Shown: positions 35,880 to 48,600, counted from the first letter of the stretch. The stretch: DNA of 64,000 nt from Myxococcota bacterium (GCA_036338695.1 JAYZBQ010000004.1:15713-79712), one strand, 5' to 3'. The notes: generated by a model from the sequence alone, not told the origin. Program-made: numbers and translations.

Positions 35880-37640
35880 GTGATTCGTAAATGTCTGATT
35901 TTTGCTCTGGTCGCAGGGCTGATCCCGAGCGCAGCGAGCGCCGAGGATGACGACTTTTTGTCGGACGCCGTGGTGGAGTCAGAAGAGGAAAAGAAGCCGA
36001 AAAAGCCACTCTTTTTGATCCCACTGCAGCCGGTCTGGAAGACGATTGAGCCTGCAAAAATTGATGATGCGGTCAAGAACATCGCGTCGGAGCTAGGCGA
36101 CTCGGCGGGCTTTGCGGTCGAGCAGTACAACCCGCGCCTAGGGAGCGCGCGGTTCGATGACCCTGAGCCGCGGCTCAAGAAGCGCTGGGAGAAAGAGATC
36201 CGGGTCGCTGAGAACAACACGCGCAAGCGTCGCTTCTCGCAGGCGATCAAGAGCGCAGGGCGGGTCGTGCGGCAGGTCATGCAGAACCCTGAGCATCTCC
36301 GCGATGCGCGGCTCTACTGCCGCTCGATGATCCTCGTCGCCGAAGGCGAGCTGCGCCGGGGGCGGCGCAACAAAACCATGAGCATCCTCGACATCGTCGC
36401 CTCGTCCTGCGCCGAGCTGTTTGATGGCAAGGGCGCAGCTGAGCTCTCGGACGCCTTTAGCGATCTGCTCGCCGACGCGGTCGCCGAGGTGCGCCGTCGC
36501 AGCGCCGGCTCCTTGGTGGTGCAAGCGGATGAGCCCGGCGCCACCGTTTTTCTCAACGGGGTCTCTCTGGGGCCGGCGCCGCTGATCATCCGGAACCTAC
36601 CGCCCGCCAAGCACCTGCTGGCGGTCGTCAAGGCGGGCCATAAGCCGTTTGGCAAGGTGGTCAAGGTGGGTAGCGATGAGGTCCGCGTTCAGGCTCGTTT
36701 GACCAAGCCCTTAGGGGGAGGAAAGACCGGGCGTATCTTTACGGAGATGCGCGACAACCGAGTCAGCCCCGACGCCATTTCGCTGGCGGCTGAGCTGCTC
36801 CGAAAGCACGGCGGGAAATCCACTGTGGCGCTGCTCGGTGGCATCGCCAAGGTGGACGCGGTGATCAAGGTGAGCATGATCGCCGTGGATCGCAAAGGTC
36901 AGGCGGTTCGCCTTAAGTCGATGAGCATCGACGAAGACTTTCTGGGGCTTGCGCCGGAGATGCTCGGCTTCAACGAGAAGCTGATCAAGCTTGCGGCGTC
37001 GTTTGTCGGTGGAAAATTCAAGGGTGGTACGCTGATCGAGGGGCTCAAGGCGCCGCAGCAAGAGGCTCAACCGGTCAAGTGGGCAAGCCTGGCGCTCGGT
37101 GGGAAGCGCAAGAGCCTGGCGCAACAGGGTAACGCGCGCGGACCGCTCAAGCGCGGCGAGCGGGCGAAGCCTCGGCGCCGCGCCGAGAAGCCCAAAATGA
37201 ACCTCGAGGGTGCTTCGGAGCGCTCGAACCGGCGCGACCGAGAGGACGCCACCGAGCGGCGCGAGGAGCGCGTGGACAGGCGCCGGGCGGAGCGCGCCAG
37301 CCGGCGCGCCGATCGGGGCGCTAAGGATCCTGCGCCGCGCCCGCGGCGGCGAGCCTCGAGCGCGCGTAGCGACGATGAGAAGCCTCGGACCCGCAAACGC
37401 CGTGATCGGTCCCGCTCGAGGGGGCGCACTCAGGCGAGGGCGCAGATTGATGAATGGGGTGTGAGCAGCAAGCCACGCCGCTTGCGCAAGCGCACGCGCA
37501 GTCAGGTCAACTGGCCGCTGATTACCGGCGCTTCGCTGGTGGGCGCGGGGGTGATCGGTGGCGGTGTTGCCCTCTGGTACAGCCTGGCTGCCACCCCGTC
37601 TGCGGTCAACGCCTCGGTGACATGGAGTACCCCCGAATGA
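35880..37640 (+). CDS. PEGA-domain protein with an Arg/Lys-rich linker and a C-terminal hydrophobic segment
   Basis: Signal peptide (ASA cleavage); GSLVVQADEPGATVFLNG..LG.APL...L.P..H.L.V.K.G (PEGA); SD GGAG before GTG 35880. Confidence 0.8.
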   Translation: MIRKCLIFALVAGLIPSAASAEDDDFLSDAVVESEEEKKPKKPLFLIPLQPVWKTIEPAKIDDAVKNIASELGDSAGFAVEQYNPRLGSARFDDPEPRLKKRWEKEIRVAENNTRKRRFSQAIKSAGRVVRQVMQNPEHLRDARLYCRSMILVAEGELRRGRRNKTMSILDIVASSCAELFDGKGAAELSDAFSDLLADAVAEVRRRSAGSLVVQADEPGATVFLNGVSLGPAPLIIRNLPPAKHLLAVVKAGHKPFGKVVKVGSDEVRVQARLTKPLGGGKTGRIFTEMRDNRVSPDAISLAAELLRKHGGKSTVALLGGIAKVDAVIKVSMIAVDRKGQAVRLKSMSIDEDFLGLAPEMLGFNEKLIKLAASFVGGKFKGGTLIEGLKAPQQEAQPVKWASLALGGKRKSLAQQGNARGPLKRGERAKPRRRAEKPKMNLEGASERSNRRDREDATERREERVDRRRAERASRRADRGAKDPAPRPRRRASSARSDDEKPRTRKRRDRSRSRGRTQARAQIDEWGVSSKPRRLRKRTRSQVNWPLITGASLVGAGVIGGGVALWYSLAATPSAVNASVTWSTPE

Positions 37641-39598
37641 AACGCATCTGGTCAATGATGGCTCTCGCCGGCGGGGTCGCTTCGTGCAGCCCCACGGTGG
37701 ATCTCAAGGTCGAAGGCGCCTTTATGTGCGTCAACCGTGACTACCACCGCTCGGTGAGCACCGTGAAAGTGCAGATTGTGGACCCGACAGGGCGCAACCC
37801 CGACCTCGCCGATGGACAACGCAGCGTCGCCGGTACGTTCGTCGAGGGCGGGCTGAGTCTTCCAGCGATTCCGGTCTACACCGACGAGGCGGGTAATCTC
37901 GATTCGGCGATGCAGGTGCGCTGGTACGGGTCGCGCTCGAGCAATGTCGACTTCGCCCCTGAGGACCTGGTGGGTTACGGCTCGACCGCCCACATCTGGC
38001 ACACCAACGATCTCCAGCCGGACGGTACGGTCTATGTGCCGCTGCTCGAGACAGGGCGCTTTAGCCCGACGACGGATCTGGCGCAGAGCGCAGCGGGTGG
38101 AAGCGGTCAAGATATCTGCACGCAGATGATCACCGGGCGCTTCGGTCACACGGCGACCTACATCCCAGCCATTGGGAAGGTGTTGATCGTCGGTGGACGC
38201 GGTGTCTGTCAAAGCGGCGAGCGCTGCGTGACGCCCTCAGGCGAGAGCCGCGGCATTCGAGACATCGCCGACGCGGAGCTCTTCGACCCAGCGACGGGGA
38301 CCTACATCCCGCTCCCGGCGCCGCCGGCTGGCGGTCGAGCCTTCCACAGCGCCACCTTGATCGGGGACGACACGGTGCTGATCGCGGGGGGGCGAGTCTT
38401 TACGGATGCTAACGGCGCAGAAGACGTTCTCGGGACCGCCTTTTTGTTCAGCACGCAGGGGTACACTCGCTGGCTGAGCGATACGTCTCAGCGGCCTTGG
38501 TCTGACGTGATGAATATGGGGCCGGGCAACGCCTACCGACGGGCAGACCACGCCGCGGTCAGCGTGGACAGCCGCCGCGCCGTCTTGGTGGGCGGTGTGA
38601 GCGATGTGCGGACTGACGCAGGCGGCTACCCGAACCTTCGCCTTGAGATCGTTCAGCTCACCAACACCTTGCCTGGCGTGATCGTCTTCGACCTCGACAG
38701 CGACCGACAGACAGGCGCCTTCAAGGCGGTGGGGACGCCGCTCCAAAAGCCGCGCGCCGGCGCTCGCCTCGCGCTGCGAAACAGCGGTAATGGTCCGGAG
38801 ATTATGGTCGTAGGCGGTTATGACGCAGGCAACGCCGTTGGCGCCATCGAGATCATCAAAAACCTCAACGGGGCGACCGACCAGATTCAGGTCGACAGCT
38901 TCGGTAACCTTCAGCCGGCTGTCTTTGGGCACACCGCCACCGTGGTGGCGGATAAGCTGGTCGTCTACGGCGGACTGACCCGCTTTCCGGACCTGAGCTC
39001 CGACCCGAGCGTCAACTGCACCCAGCCGGGCACCAACGCCTTTTGCTACCTTGAGCATCTGCGCCTCCGCTTCCCCTCGGCGGCGGATGGCGACTCCTTC
39101 ACGAACCTCGACGCAGCGTTCGCTGAGGAGGTGCAGGTCATGACGCTAGCGCTCGACCAAGCGAACGTGGTCAACGCCACCCGCGGGGATGAGCAGAACG
39201 AGTTTTACGACAAGAACATGCTGCGCGGCCGCCTCTGGCATGAAGCGGCCGCCGTCCGTGGTAACGCGCTGGTGGTCGTCGGTGGTCTCGCCAAGGCTGT
39301 CCTTGGGGATCGACCGTCGACGATCACGCTCGACCGGGGTGGCGCCGCCGAGCTGTGCTTGGTGGGACAGAACACGGTGTGCAATGTGCCGACTCGGCTG
39401 GTTGGCGGAAGCCAGCGCAAGCGCTTTAGTTTGCAAGGAAGCGACTCGGGGCGCGCCGAGTTTCAGCTGACCTCGCTGCCCGGCGACGTCTTGCTCGTAA
39501 CGGGCGGTCGGATCGGAGACAGCGGCGCACAGCAAGGTGAATCGATGCAGGCTGCTACGAGCACCTCGCAGCTGGGGGTCGCTCCCTTCGTACGCTAG
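37637..39598 (+). CDS. Kelch-repeat (7-blade) lipoprotein
   Basis: Lipobox VASC; seven R..H.A....VL..GG-type blades; ATGA overlap with the PEGA gene. Confidence 0.85.
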   Translation: MKRIWSMMALAGGVASCSPTVDLKVEGAFMCVNRDYHRSVSTVKVQIVDPTGRNPDLADGQRSVAGTFVEGGLSLPAIPVYTDEAGNLDSAMQVRWYGSRSSNVDFAPEDLVGYGSTAHIWHTNDLQPDGTVYVPLLETGRFSPTTDLAQSAAGGSGQDICTQMITGRFGHTATYIPAIGKVLIVGGRGVCQSGERCVTPSGESRGIRDIADAELFDPATGTYIPLPAPPAGGRAFHSATLIGDDTVLIAGGRVFTDANGAEDVLGTAFLFSTQGYTRWLSDTSQRPWSDVMNMGPGNAYRRADHAAVSVDSRRAVLVGGVSDVRTDAGGYPNLRLEIVQLTNTLPGVIVFDLDSDRQTGAFKAVGTPLQKPRAGARLALRNSGNGPEIMVVGGYDAGNAVGAIEIIKNLNGATDQIQVDSFGNLQPAVFGHTATVVADKLVVYGGLTRFPDLSSDPSVNCTQPGTNAFCYLEHLRLRFPSAADGDSFTNLDAAFAEEVQVMTLALDQANVVNATRGDEQNEFYDKNMLRGRLWHEAAAVRGNALVVVGGLAKAVLGDRPSTITLDRGGAAELCLVGQNTVCNVPTRLVGGSQRKRFSLQGSDSGRAEFQLTSLPGDVLLVTGGRIGDSGAQQGESMQAATSTSQLGVAPFVR

Positions 39599-39693
39599 GC
39601 TCTGCCTTTGCTGCGCGAAAGTTGGCAGCGGGGGCCTTCCTCAGCTAGGGTACAGCGCAAGAAGGCCCGGTTGATTGGGGCCTTGGAGACCCT

Positions 39694-42600
39694 GTGCGCC
39701 TAGCTGTTGCCCTTTTGGCTCTGCTCACGGTCCCGAGCGTCGCTCAGGCCACCGTCCTTGGACAGTATCCCACTTTTGAGCGCAGTTTCGAGGTTTTCGG
39801 AGACCGCGAGGTCACCGGAAACACGCTCATGGTGTACAACCAAAACGTCAACAAGGCGCTGATCCAAGGCGGGTCGGTCGGCACCGTCGTCGACGTGCCC
39901 CAAGGCGCTACCGTCGAGGCGGCGTACCTGTTTTGGACCGGCACCTACGACCAGACGCCCGACCGCAACGTCGACTTCACGCTGCCGAACGGGGCGGTGC
40001 TCAACGACCTCAGCGTCAACCAAGCCTTACCGGGCGAGGACCCTGCGGTGGTGCAGGGGCAAGATTGCATCACGCGGCGGCGCAACTTTCGCTTCGGCCG
40101 ATTCGTCAACTTCGACGTCGACTTCTTCTATTGCCGGCGAGACATCACACACTCCATGAGGGGCTTGGGCGCCAACATCAACGGCGACTACCGAGTCAGC
40201 GATGTCCAAGCCTTTCCGGGCTGGCCGCAAGACGGTCAAAGCTACGGGACCAACGACAACCGCTGCGCCGACTCGAACCAGCTCGAGCAGCGTCTGCGGT
40301 TTGGCTGCCAGACGATGTACGCCGGGTGGTCGATGGTGGTCATCTGGAGTCATCCGGACGAGCGCGTGCGCAGAAACATCACGGTCAACGACGGCTTCTT
40401 GCTGATGGATGATGACCAGACCTCGGCAGGGATCACCGAGGTCACGATGGAGAACTTCCAGGTGCCTGAAGGGGCGTCGGGTGAGTTTAGCTTCTTTGGC
40501 CTCGAGGGGGACCCGGACTACGGCTCCATCCAAGCGCTGCTGCCGCCGGGACCGACGCGCTGTGTCAACTGTCCCGACTTCGTGGCAATGAGGACGTCGG
40601 GCAACCCGAACGAGACGCAGCTGTTCTCTGAGCCCGGCAACAGCGTGGGCAATTTGTGGAACGGCTCGATCATGACGGTCGGCGGCGGCGTCTCACCGGG
40701 TGTGGACATCGACGTTTACGATGTCGGCACAGGAGGGCTCGGGATCCTGCGCGAAGGGGATCGCTCAGCGACCTTCCGGATGGGGACTGGCGACGGCGTG
40801 GCGGGACAACAGTCGGATGGCAACGGCGGCTTCATCGGCAACGGCGAGATGGTGCTGCTCGGCTGGACGGCTTTGAGCTTAGACGTGGTCTCGCCCAACC
40901 TGAACAACGCCTCGACGCGTAAGGCGGTGTCGCGAACGGACGCCGGCCCTGGAGATCTGATCCAGTATCAACTCACGATCACCAACGACGGCTCGGCGCC
41001 AGCGAGCGATGTGACCATCGTCGACGTGATCCCGACGGGGACGACCTACGACCCTGGGAGCACGGTGACCACCTGTGATGCGGACCCGAGCGACGTCAAC
41101 GGCACCTCGCCGCTGGTAGGAGGCTTCAACATCGGCGCGCTGCCGCACCAGCCGGTGAGTCGCGCCTCGTGCGTGATCACGTTTCGAGTGCGGGTGAACG
41201 ACGACGCTGAACCTGGCTCCATTATCCGCAACACGGCTCAGGTGACCTCGACGGAGCAAGCCGAGTTTTCGACCAATCAGGTCCAGACGCAGATCGTCGG
41301 CCCTTCGCTCGGGACGCCCCTGCTTCGGGTCACCGATCTGAACGGTGGGGTCTTTGAGATCGGTGACACGGTGCTCTACGAGCTCGAGGTCCGTAACATC
41401 GGCGCATCGGGCGCCGCCGGGCTGACGCTCACATCTACCTGGCCGGCGCAGCTGAGCAACCCGTCCATCTTCGGTGGTGGCTTCCCGTCGAGCTACGATC
41501 CGCAGACGCGCACCATCACCATCTCGGACGTGGCCGTCTCGGCGAACGACGAGGAGAGCGTGTTTATCCAAGGGCAGATCCAGGGCGCCGAGCCGGCGTT
41601 GGTCAGCCATCAGTTCTCGATGAACGCCGACTATCTTGATCAGCCCGTACTCAGTGATGACCCGAGCGTTCCCGGCCCCTTCGACCCGACTGTTTTTGGG
41701 GTGGTCGATGGTCCGAACCTGACGAGCTCGAGCAAGTTTGGCGAGGACGTCAACGGCGCGCCGCTCGTGCCGGGCGATCAAGTGCGCTACACCATCACGT
41801 TGCGTAATTCCGGGAACCGTGAGGCAAACTTCAGCGTGGAGGACGTGCTCCAGGCTCCGCTTACCGGCTGCTCGGTTCAAAGCTTCGACCAAGTGTTGAT
41901 GAACGCCGAGTGCAACGGTCAGACCTTGACGGTCTCGGGGCGGCTCCCGGCGGGTGAGAACCGCAGCATCGTGCTCCTCTCGACGGTGGCGAATGTTCAG
42001 GACGGGACCCTCGTGACGAACGAGGCGACGCTGACGGTGCAGGGTGAAGGCGAGACGGCGCTGACGTCGCCCAACCTTGTCGTGGCGCAGGGCGGTATCC
42101 TGGTGACGTCGAGCATCGACTTTACGGACGAGCAGGCGCCGCTGACACCGGGTGATGTGATCGTGCTTGAGTTCACTGCGCGCAACACCGGGGGAGCCCC
42201 GGTGCGAGACCTCGTCGTCTCGACGGTCCTCGATCCGCGGCTCAGCGTTGAAGAGGTCAACGACGGTGGCGCAGTGCAGGGCGCCAACGTGCTCTGGGAG
42301 AACCTCGGTGATTTAGCGGCGGGTGCGACCCGCACGGTGACGGTGCGGGTCCGTATTCAGGCGGGGCTCGCCAGCGGGACGACGATCGCCGTCGGCGGGC
42401 GCTTTGATGGTCAAACCCTCGAGCCCTTTGACGCCGAGCCGATCAGCTTGGTGATCGATGCGGTGCCGACGCTCACCTTGAGCAAGGCCGTCGCCCCGGC
42501 AGACGATGGGCAGTACAACCCCGGTGATCTGGTGCGCTACACGCTCGTCGTGACGAACACATCGCAGGTTTTAGCTCAGGACCTCGAGCTGCGCGATCCG

Positions 42601-45600
42601 TTCCCCGATGGCTTGGTTCAGGTCGCCGCGAACAACGGGGGCACGATCGCAGACGGTGTGGCGCTCTGGAGCGCCCAGACGACGCCGGCCCTCGCCAGCC
42701 TTGCGGCGGGTGGTTCGATTGAGTTGGAGCTGACCGGGCGGATCGCGAACCCTATGGAGGACCGCCGTGAGCTCATCAATCAGGCGCGCTTGAGCGCCAG
42801 CGACGCCCTCGCCGTTGACAGCGACGACCCGGACACTCCGCTTGCGGGTGACCCGACCAGCATCACCGTGCGCTCGGAGACGACGCTGGTGGTCGAAAAG
42901 ACCGACGAATCGGTTGGCGACGCAGACTACGTCCCTGGCTCCCAGGTGCGTTACCGGATTCGGATCGGCGCAGGTGGCACGCAGCGGGCGCGCGGATTAG
43001 TGGTCACAGACCAGCTCCCAGACGGCGTCAGCTTCGTGAGCTCGGAGCCGGCTGCGGAGGTGACCGGACGGACCTTGAGGTGGTCGTCGACTCAGGCGCC
43101 GGGGCTCGGCAACCTGACGCCCGGGAACGAAGAGACGCTCACGGTCACGGTACAGATCGACGCACGCGCCCAGGCGGGGACACGGATCGCCAACCAGGTC
43201 CAAGTCGCTGGAGAGACGCACAACGGCGACATCCTTAGCAACGACCCAGACACCCTTGAGGTCGATGACCCGACCGCCTTCTTGGTGGGCGGCAATCCGG
43301 ACATCTCTGTGGTCAAAACCGTCGAGGAGTCGGTCGCGGATAATGTCTGGCGGATCGGCGAGACGGTGCGTTACCGCGTGGTGGTTCGAAACCAAGGGAC
43401 CGTCGACGCGCTCGACCTCGCGATCCTCGACATCATCGATCCCAACCTCGAGCAGGTCCAACTCGACGGTGACTGGGGCACGTTCGCAGACGGGCGGATC
43501 ACCGGGAGCATCGAGCGGTTGGACGCAGGCCGCGACGTGACGCTCAGCTTTACCGCTGTCCTCGGCGCTGCCCCGGACGGGACCCTCGTGGTGAACCAGG
43601 CGAGCATCCAGCCGGCCGGGAGCAACCAACCGATCTTAAGCGACGACCCGGCGCTTCCGGGCGAGGCGGACACCACCAACTTGACGCTCACCGCCGAGGA
43701 AGGCGTCACCCTGCTCAAAACGGTCGAAGACCTCAACGGCGGCGCCGTGTTGCCGGGTGATCGGGTGCGTTACACGATCACGATGACCAACACCGGTCAA
43801 AACGGCACGGGCGTGCTCGAGGTGCGCGACACCCTCGATGAGCGCTTGGAGTTGATCGGTGTCGAGCCAGGTGTGCCAAGCGTGACGCAAGACGCGACGA
43901 TCGTCTGGTCCCAAGGGGGCTTGGGTGCGGGTGAGTCGGTCGAGCTCTCGTTCATCGCTCAGGTCGCTCAAGGTCTGGTCGAAGGCACCGCGATTCCGAA
44001 CCAGGCGCAGACGTCCTTTGGCGGTGAAGACGTCCTGAGTGACGACGGCGTCGTCGGCGAGAACGACCCTTCACCGACTTTGATTACCATCGGCGTGATC
44101 CCGACGCCTGATCTGACGATCACCAAGGCTGTCGAGCCGGTCACGGCTGCACGCGGCGACGTCGTCGAATGGACGATCACCGTCGTGAATGACGGCGAGG
44201 GTGCGCTTGAGGGCGGCATTTTGACCGACGTACTCGACGAGGCGCTCGAGCTGATCGACGTCACCGGCGCCGCTAGCCAAGGCAACCAGATCGAGGCGAG
44301 CCTGAACATCGAGCCCGGTGCGCGCGCCGAGGTCGTGGTGCGCACCCGCGTGGCGCAGAGCGCACAAGAGGCGGTCAGTAACCAGGCGGAGCTCGCCTTT
44401 GGCGACGTGGTCGTCCGCAGCGATGACCCTGCGACGGACGAGGCCGATGACGCCACGGTTCTGACGATCGAGGCGGCGCCGCTGGACCCTGTCCTTGAGA
44501 AGGTCGCGGTGGATCTGAACGGTGAGCCGCTCGAGCCGGGCGATGAGGTGGAGTATCAGCTGACCCTGATCAACCGCGGCACCGAGGCGCTGCCCTCGTT
44601 GCAGGTCACCGACGTGCTCGACAGCGGCTTGGTTTATCTCGACGATTCGCTCCTTGTCGACGGCGCGCCCGTACCTGGGCCGTTTCCGCTCGAGGCGGGC
44701 GTGACGGTGCCGGAAGGTCTGGCTCCTGGCGCGCGCGTTCAGATGGTCTTCCGTGCGCGCATCGTCGAGGAGGCGGAACAAGGTCAGGTGATCACCAACC
44801 AGGCGACGCTCGCGAATGACGACGGCGCTACGTGGCGCAGCGACGACCCGAACCTGCCCGGCTCACCGCAGCCGACGGTGCTGCAGGTCGGCAGCGCAGG
44901 CGCAGTCGCTGCGTTCAAGCGTGTCCTCCCCGCTGAGATTCAGCGCGGCGATGAGGCGACCTGGACGATTGAGCTGCTCAGCACGGCGAACGGGACGCGC
45001 ACCGTGCGCCTGAGCGACGCGTTGCCCCAAGGGTTGGCCTATGTCGCCAACAGCGTGACCTTAGACGGGGCACCGCTGTCGGACGCCGTCGATGATGACG
45101 AGGTCAGCGTCGACGCAGGCGCTGGGCGCCTTGAGCTCGTGATCGACCTTGGACCGCGCCGAAGCCGCGCCGTGCTCACCTTTAGGAGCCGCGCTGCCGT
45201 CTCAAACCGCACGGTGATCAATCAGGCCGTGCTCGACATCAACGGCGAGGCGGGCCTCTCAGACGGCGACCCGCAGACCCCAGGGCAGCAGGGTACCCCG
45301 CTGGTCATTATCCCAGATGGTGCGGGCCTCGAAGGCGAGAAGTCGGCGACCGATGTCAACGGCGGTACGGTGCAACCGGGCGATGAGATCGTCTACGAGA
45401 TCCGACTACGCAACGAGGGGGATCAGGACCTGATCATCCCTGCCGGTGCGCTCGAAGACCCGCTTAATCGGATGACCTACAAGGCGGACAGCGCCGAGCC
45501 GGCGGTCCTCGCGCTCGGCGGGAACACCCTGCGCAACACCGAGCCCTTGACGGTCTCGGCGGGGGGGAACCTGACCCTGCGGTTGACGGCGATCCTCGAC

Positions 45601-48600
45601 GCCGATTTGGAAGAGGGCGACGCAGTCCCGAATACCGTGTTCGTGCGCGAGCCGGTCGAGTTCTCGGCGGAGTCACGCCTGGTCGTCGGCGCCGAGCCGC
45701 CGGGAGCCACCCTCAGCGGGGTGGTGTACCTCAACGGCTCCAGCGAGCGCAAACTGCAGAACTGGCTCGTGCGCGTCGCGAACAGCCGAGACAAGGAGCA
45801 GACCCTCGAGACGCAGACCGACGAGCAAGGGCGCTTCTCCTTCTCCGGGCTGACCTGGGAGACGGTCGAGCTCATGGCGCTTAACAGCCAAGGGACGCGC
45901 TTCTTCGCCAAGCAGGTGGGCGGCTTGAATGATGGCGCCCAGGTGACTCAAGACTGCGCCATTGATCCCTCGGGCATCATCTACGATCAGGTCTCCGGCG
46001 CGCCGATTGCCGGCGCCACGGTGCAGATCCTTTACGACGTCTCAGGGGACCCTGTCCTCGACGCAGATCTACCTGAGGGTCAGCAAGGGCAGGTGACGGG
46101 CGCAGATGGTTTCTACCGCTTCGACGTCAAGCCGCCTCATATTTATCGCCTTTCGGTCGTGCCGCCTGGTGCGTTTCATAGCTTCCCGAGCGATGAGCTT
46201 CGACCGATCGGCGCGACGCTGTCTCGCCGCTTTGGGCGCCCGTCCAGGATGAGTCAGGATCCAGACCGCAGCGACTTCTTTGAGCCGGTCGATGGTGACG
46301 GCAACCCGATGGAAGGGCGCGCCGTCGTTCGAGAGCCGGTGCCCGACGCCGCTGCGCGGATGCCCTACTTCCTGCGTTTCGACATCCAGAGCGGTGAAGA
46401 CGCCGTCTTCAACAACCACGTGCCGCTCGACCCCTTGCGCAAGAGCATCCGCGTGACGCGCCGGGCGAGTAAAAGCCAGGCGAGCGCCGGTGACGTCGTG
46501 ACCTTCACCGTGGAGGTCGAAAACCGAAGCAGCCAGACCTTGGACAGCCGCCTCGACGGAGGGGTCGACTTACTCGATATGCTGCCGCCAGGCCTTTTGG
46601 TCCTACGCGAGGACGGCAACCGCGCCGTGGAAGCCTTTGAGCGGGTCGACGCCGAAGGCCGGCGCGCTGTGGTGACCGATCTACGCAGCGACGGCGACGG
46701 GTTTTTGCGCTCGCTGCGGGGGATCGTCCTGCAACCCGGTAGCCGCCTCTTGTGGCATTATCGTGTGCAGGTCTCGAGCTCGATGGCAGCGGGCGAATTA
46801 TTGTCATCCAACAACCTCGTGACGCGCATCGGCCGGATGCCGGTCTCCGAGCTTGCCGAGCATCGCCTGATCTTGATCGAAGACCCGGTGCTGCGAGAGG
46901 CGACCTTGATCGGGCGCGTGTACTGCGACACGAACGGTGACGGTCATCCGGGACCGAACGAGTTCGGTGTCCCTGGCGTGCGCATCTATGCAGATCACGG
47001 GGTCCGGGTCGACACGGACGGCTACGGCCGGTTCCACTTTAGCCGGCTCAACCCGGGCTTGCGGCGCTTTAAGATCGACGTGCGGACGCTGCCGCCGGGG
47101 CTCAAGCTCACGGGTACGCCTGGACGCAACCGCCTGGTAACGGCCGGCGTGCCGCTCACGCTGGATTACACGCTCAATTGTCCCAAGGACCTGACCCCCG
47201 CTGAAGAGATCGCAGCGAACCCCCATGCGGAAGGGCTCGAGGCGCCGCCTCCACCCGATCCGCCGCCGGCTATTCGGGTCCGAGCTGACCTCGTCGAGCA
47301 GAAGGTCTCGGCGGACGGAGTGCCGCTCAACGGGCCGGTGGTCGAGGCGACCGCCACCGTCGTGGACGGTGACCCAAGCTTTGATCTGCCCCAAGGACCG
47401 AACCTCGACCCCATGGACACAACGCTTGAGCTGCACGCTCGGGTCGCTGGTCCGCTGCCGCTCACCAACTGGGAGTGGCGTGTGGTCAACGCCGACGGGC
47501 GCGCGGTGTTCTCGAAGAAGGGGCAGGGCGCCGCGCCGGAGCTGCTGCGCTGGATCATCCCGGACAATGTGCCGCGTGATGCGCGCTACGAGGCGATGTT
47601 GCTGGTCACCGACGCCGGTGGCGACAGCGCAGCGAGCCGAGTCATCCCGGTGGGCTTAGGTTTGGGTCTCGCTGGGGCTGACAAGCGCCGCAAGCTGGCT
47701 CGTATCAACGAGATCAACGGCGGTTTGTTTGTGGATCAAGGGTCGACGCCAGCGCCTCGACTGCGGGGTTGGTTCAACGACCGCATCGCACGACTGCGCG
47801 GCGAGGATGAGCTGATGGCGCAGGTGTTCGTGTATGGCGCGCCCAAGAAGGGCGCCAAGGACTCGGCGATGGCTTACACTCAGCGGCGAGCGCGTACCCT
47901 TGAGGGCATGTTGCTGGCAGCGGGCTTGCCGCGCGACCGATTCCGTGTCCAAGCGATGGGCAACGTACGCAAGCTCGCGCCCGAGAACGACCCGCGCCTG
48001 TCGCGGCTCAACCGCCGCATCGAGGTGCGCTACCGCCCGGTCGCGAAACAGCACCCCCCGCTCGAGCCTGAGGCGCAACCGGTCGCTCATCTGCTGGTTA
48101 ATGGAAGCCCCGCTGAGCTGAGCAAAGAGGGGACCGCTGAGGTCAAAGCGAAGGTCCCGGTCGGGCACTTCTTGCGCGTCGATATCGTCTTCGCGAGCGG
48201 CGCTCGGACCGTCCTTCGTCGGTTGCGTCACCCGGACGGGCTGAGCCCCCGTGCGGTCGTCCTGCGCGGTCAGGGGGTCCCGGTGAAGGGTAGCCTCCGG
48301 CGCGAGCGGCAGCTGACCGTTGGTGGGCAGGCGATTAATCTCGACGCGCTCTCGGTGCGCCTGCGCCCGATGCACGTCGCCGTGCCGCTCAACCCGGCGG
48401 GGACGGACTTAGCTGAAGACGGCAAGGGCGCGAAGGCAGCCTGTGTCGGGATGTGTTTCGGCACCTCGAGCGACATGGCGATGGAGGGCTGGGAGCTGCG
48501 TGTGTTCTCGGTCGAAGACGGTGACATCAAGCCAGGTCAGAACGCCGGTGCGCCGCGTGAGCCGGTCTTGATCCACACCGTCAAAGGGGTCGGACCGGTC

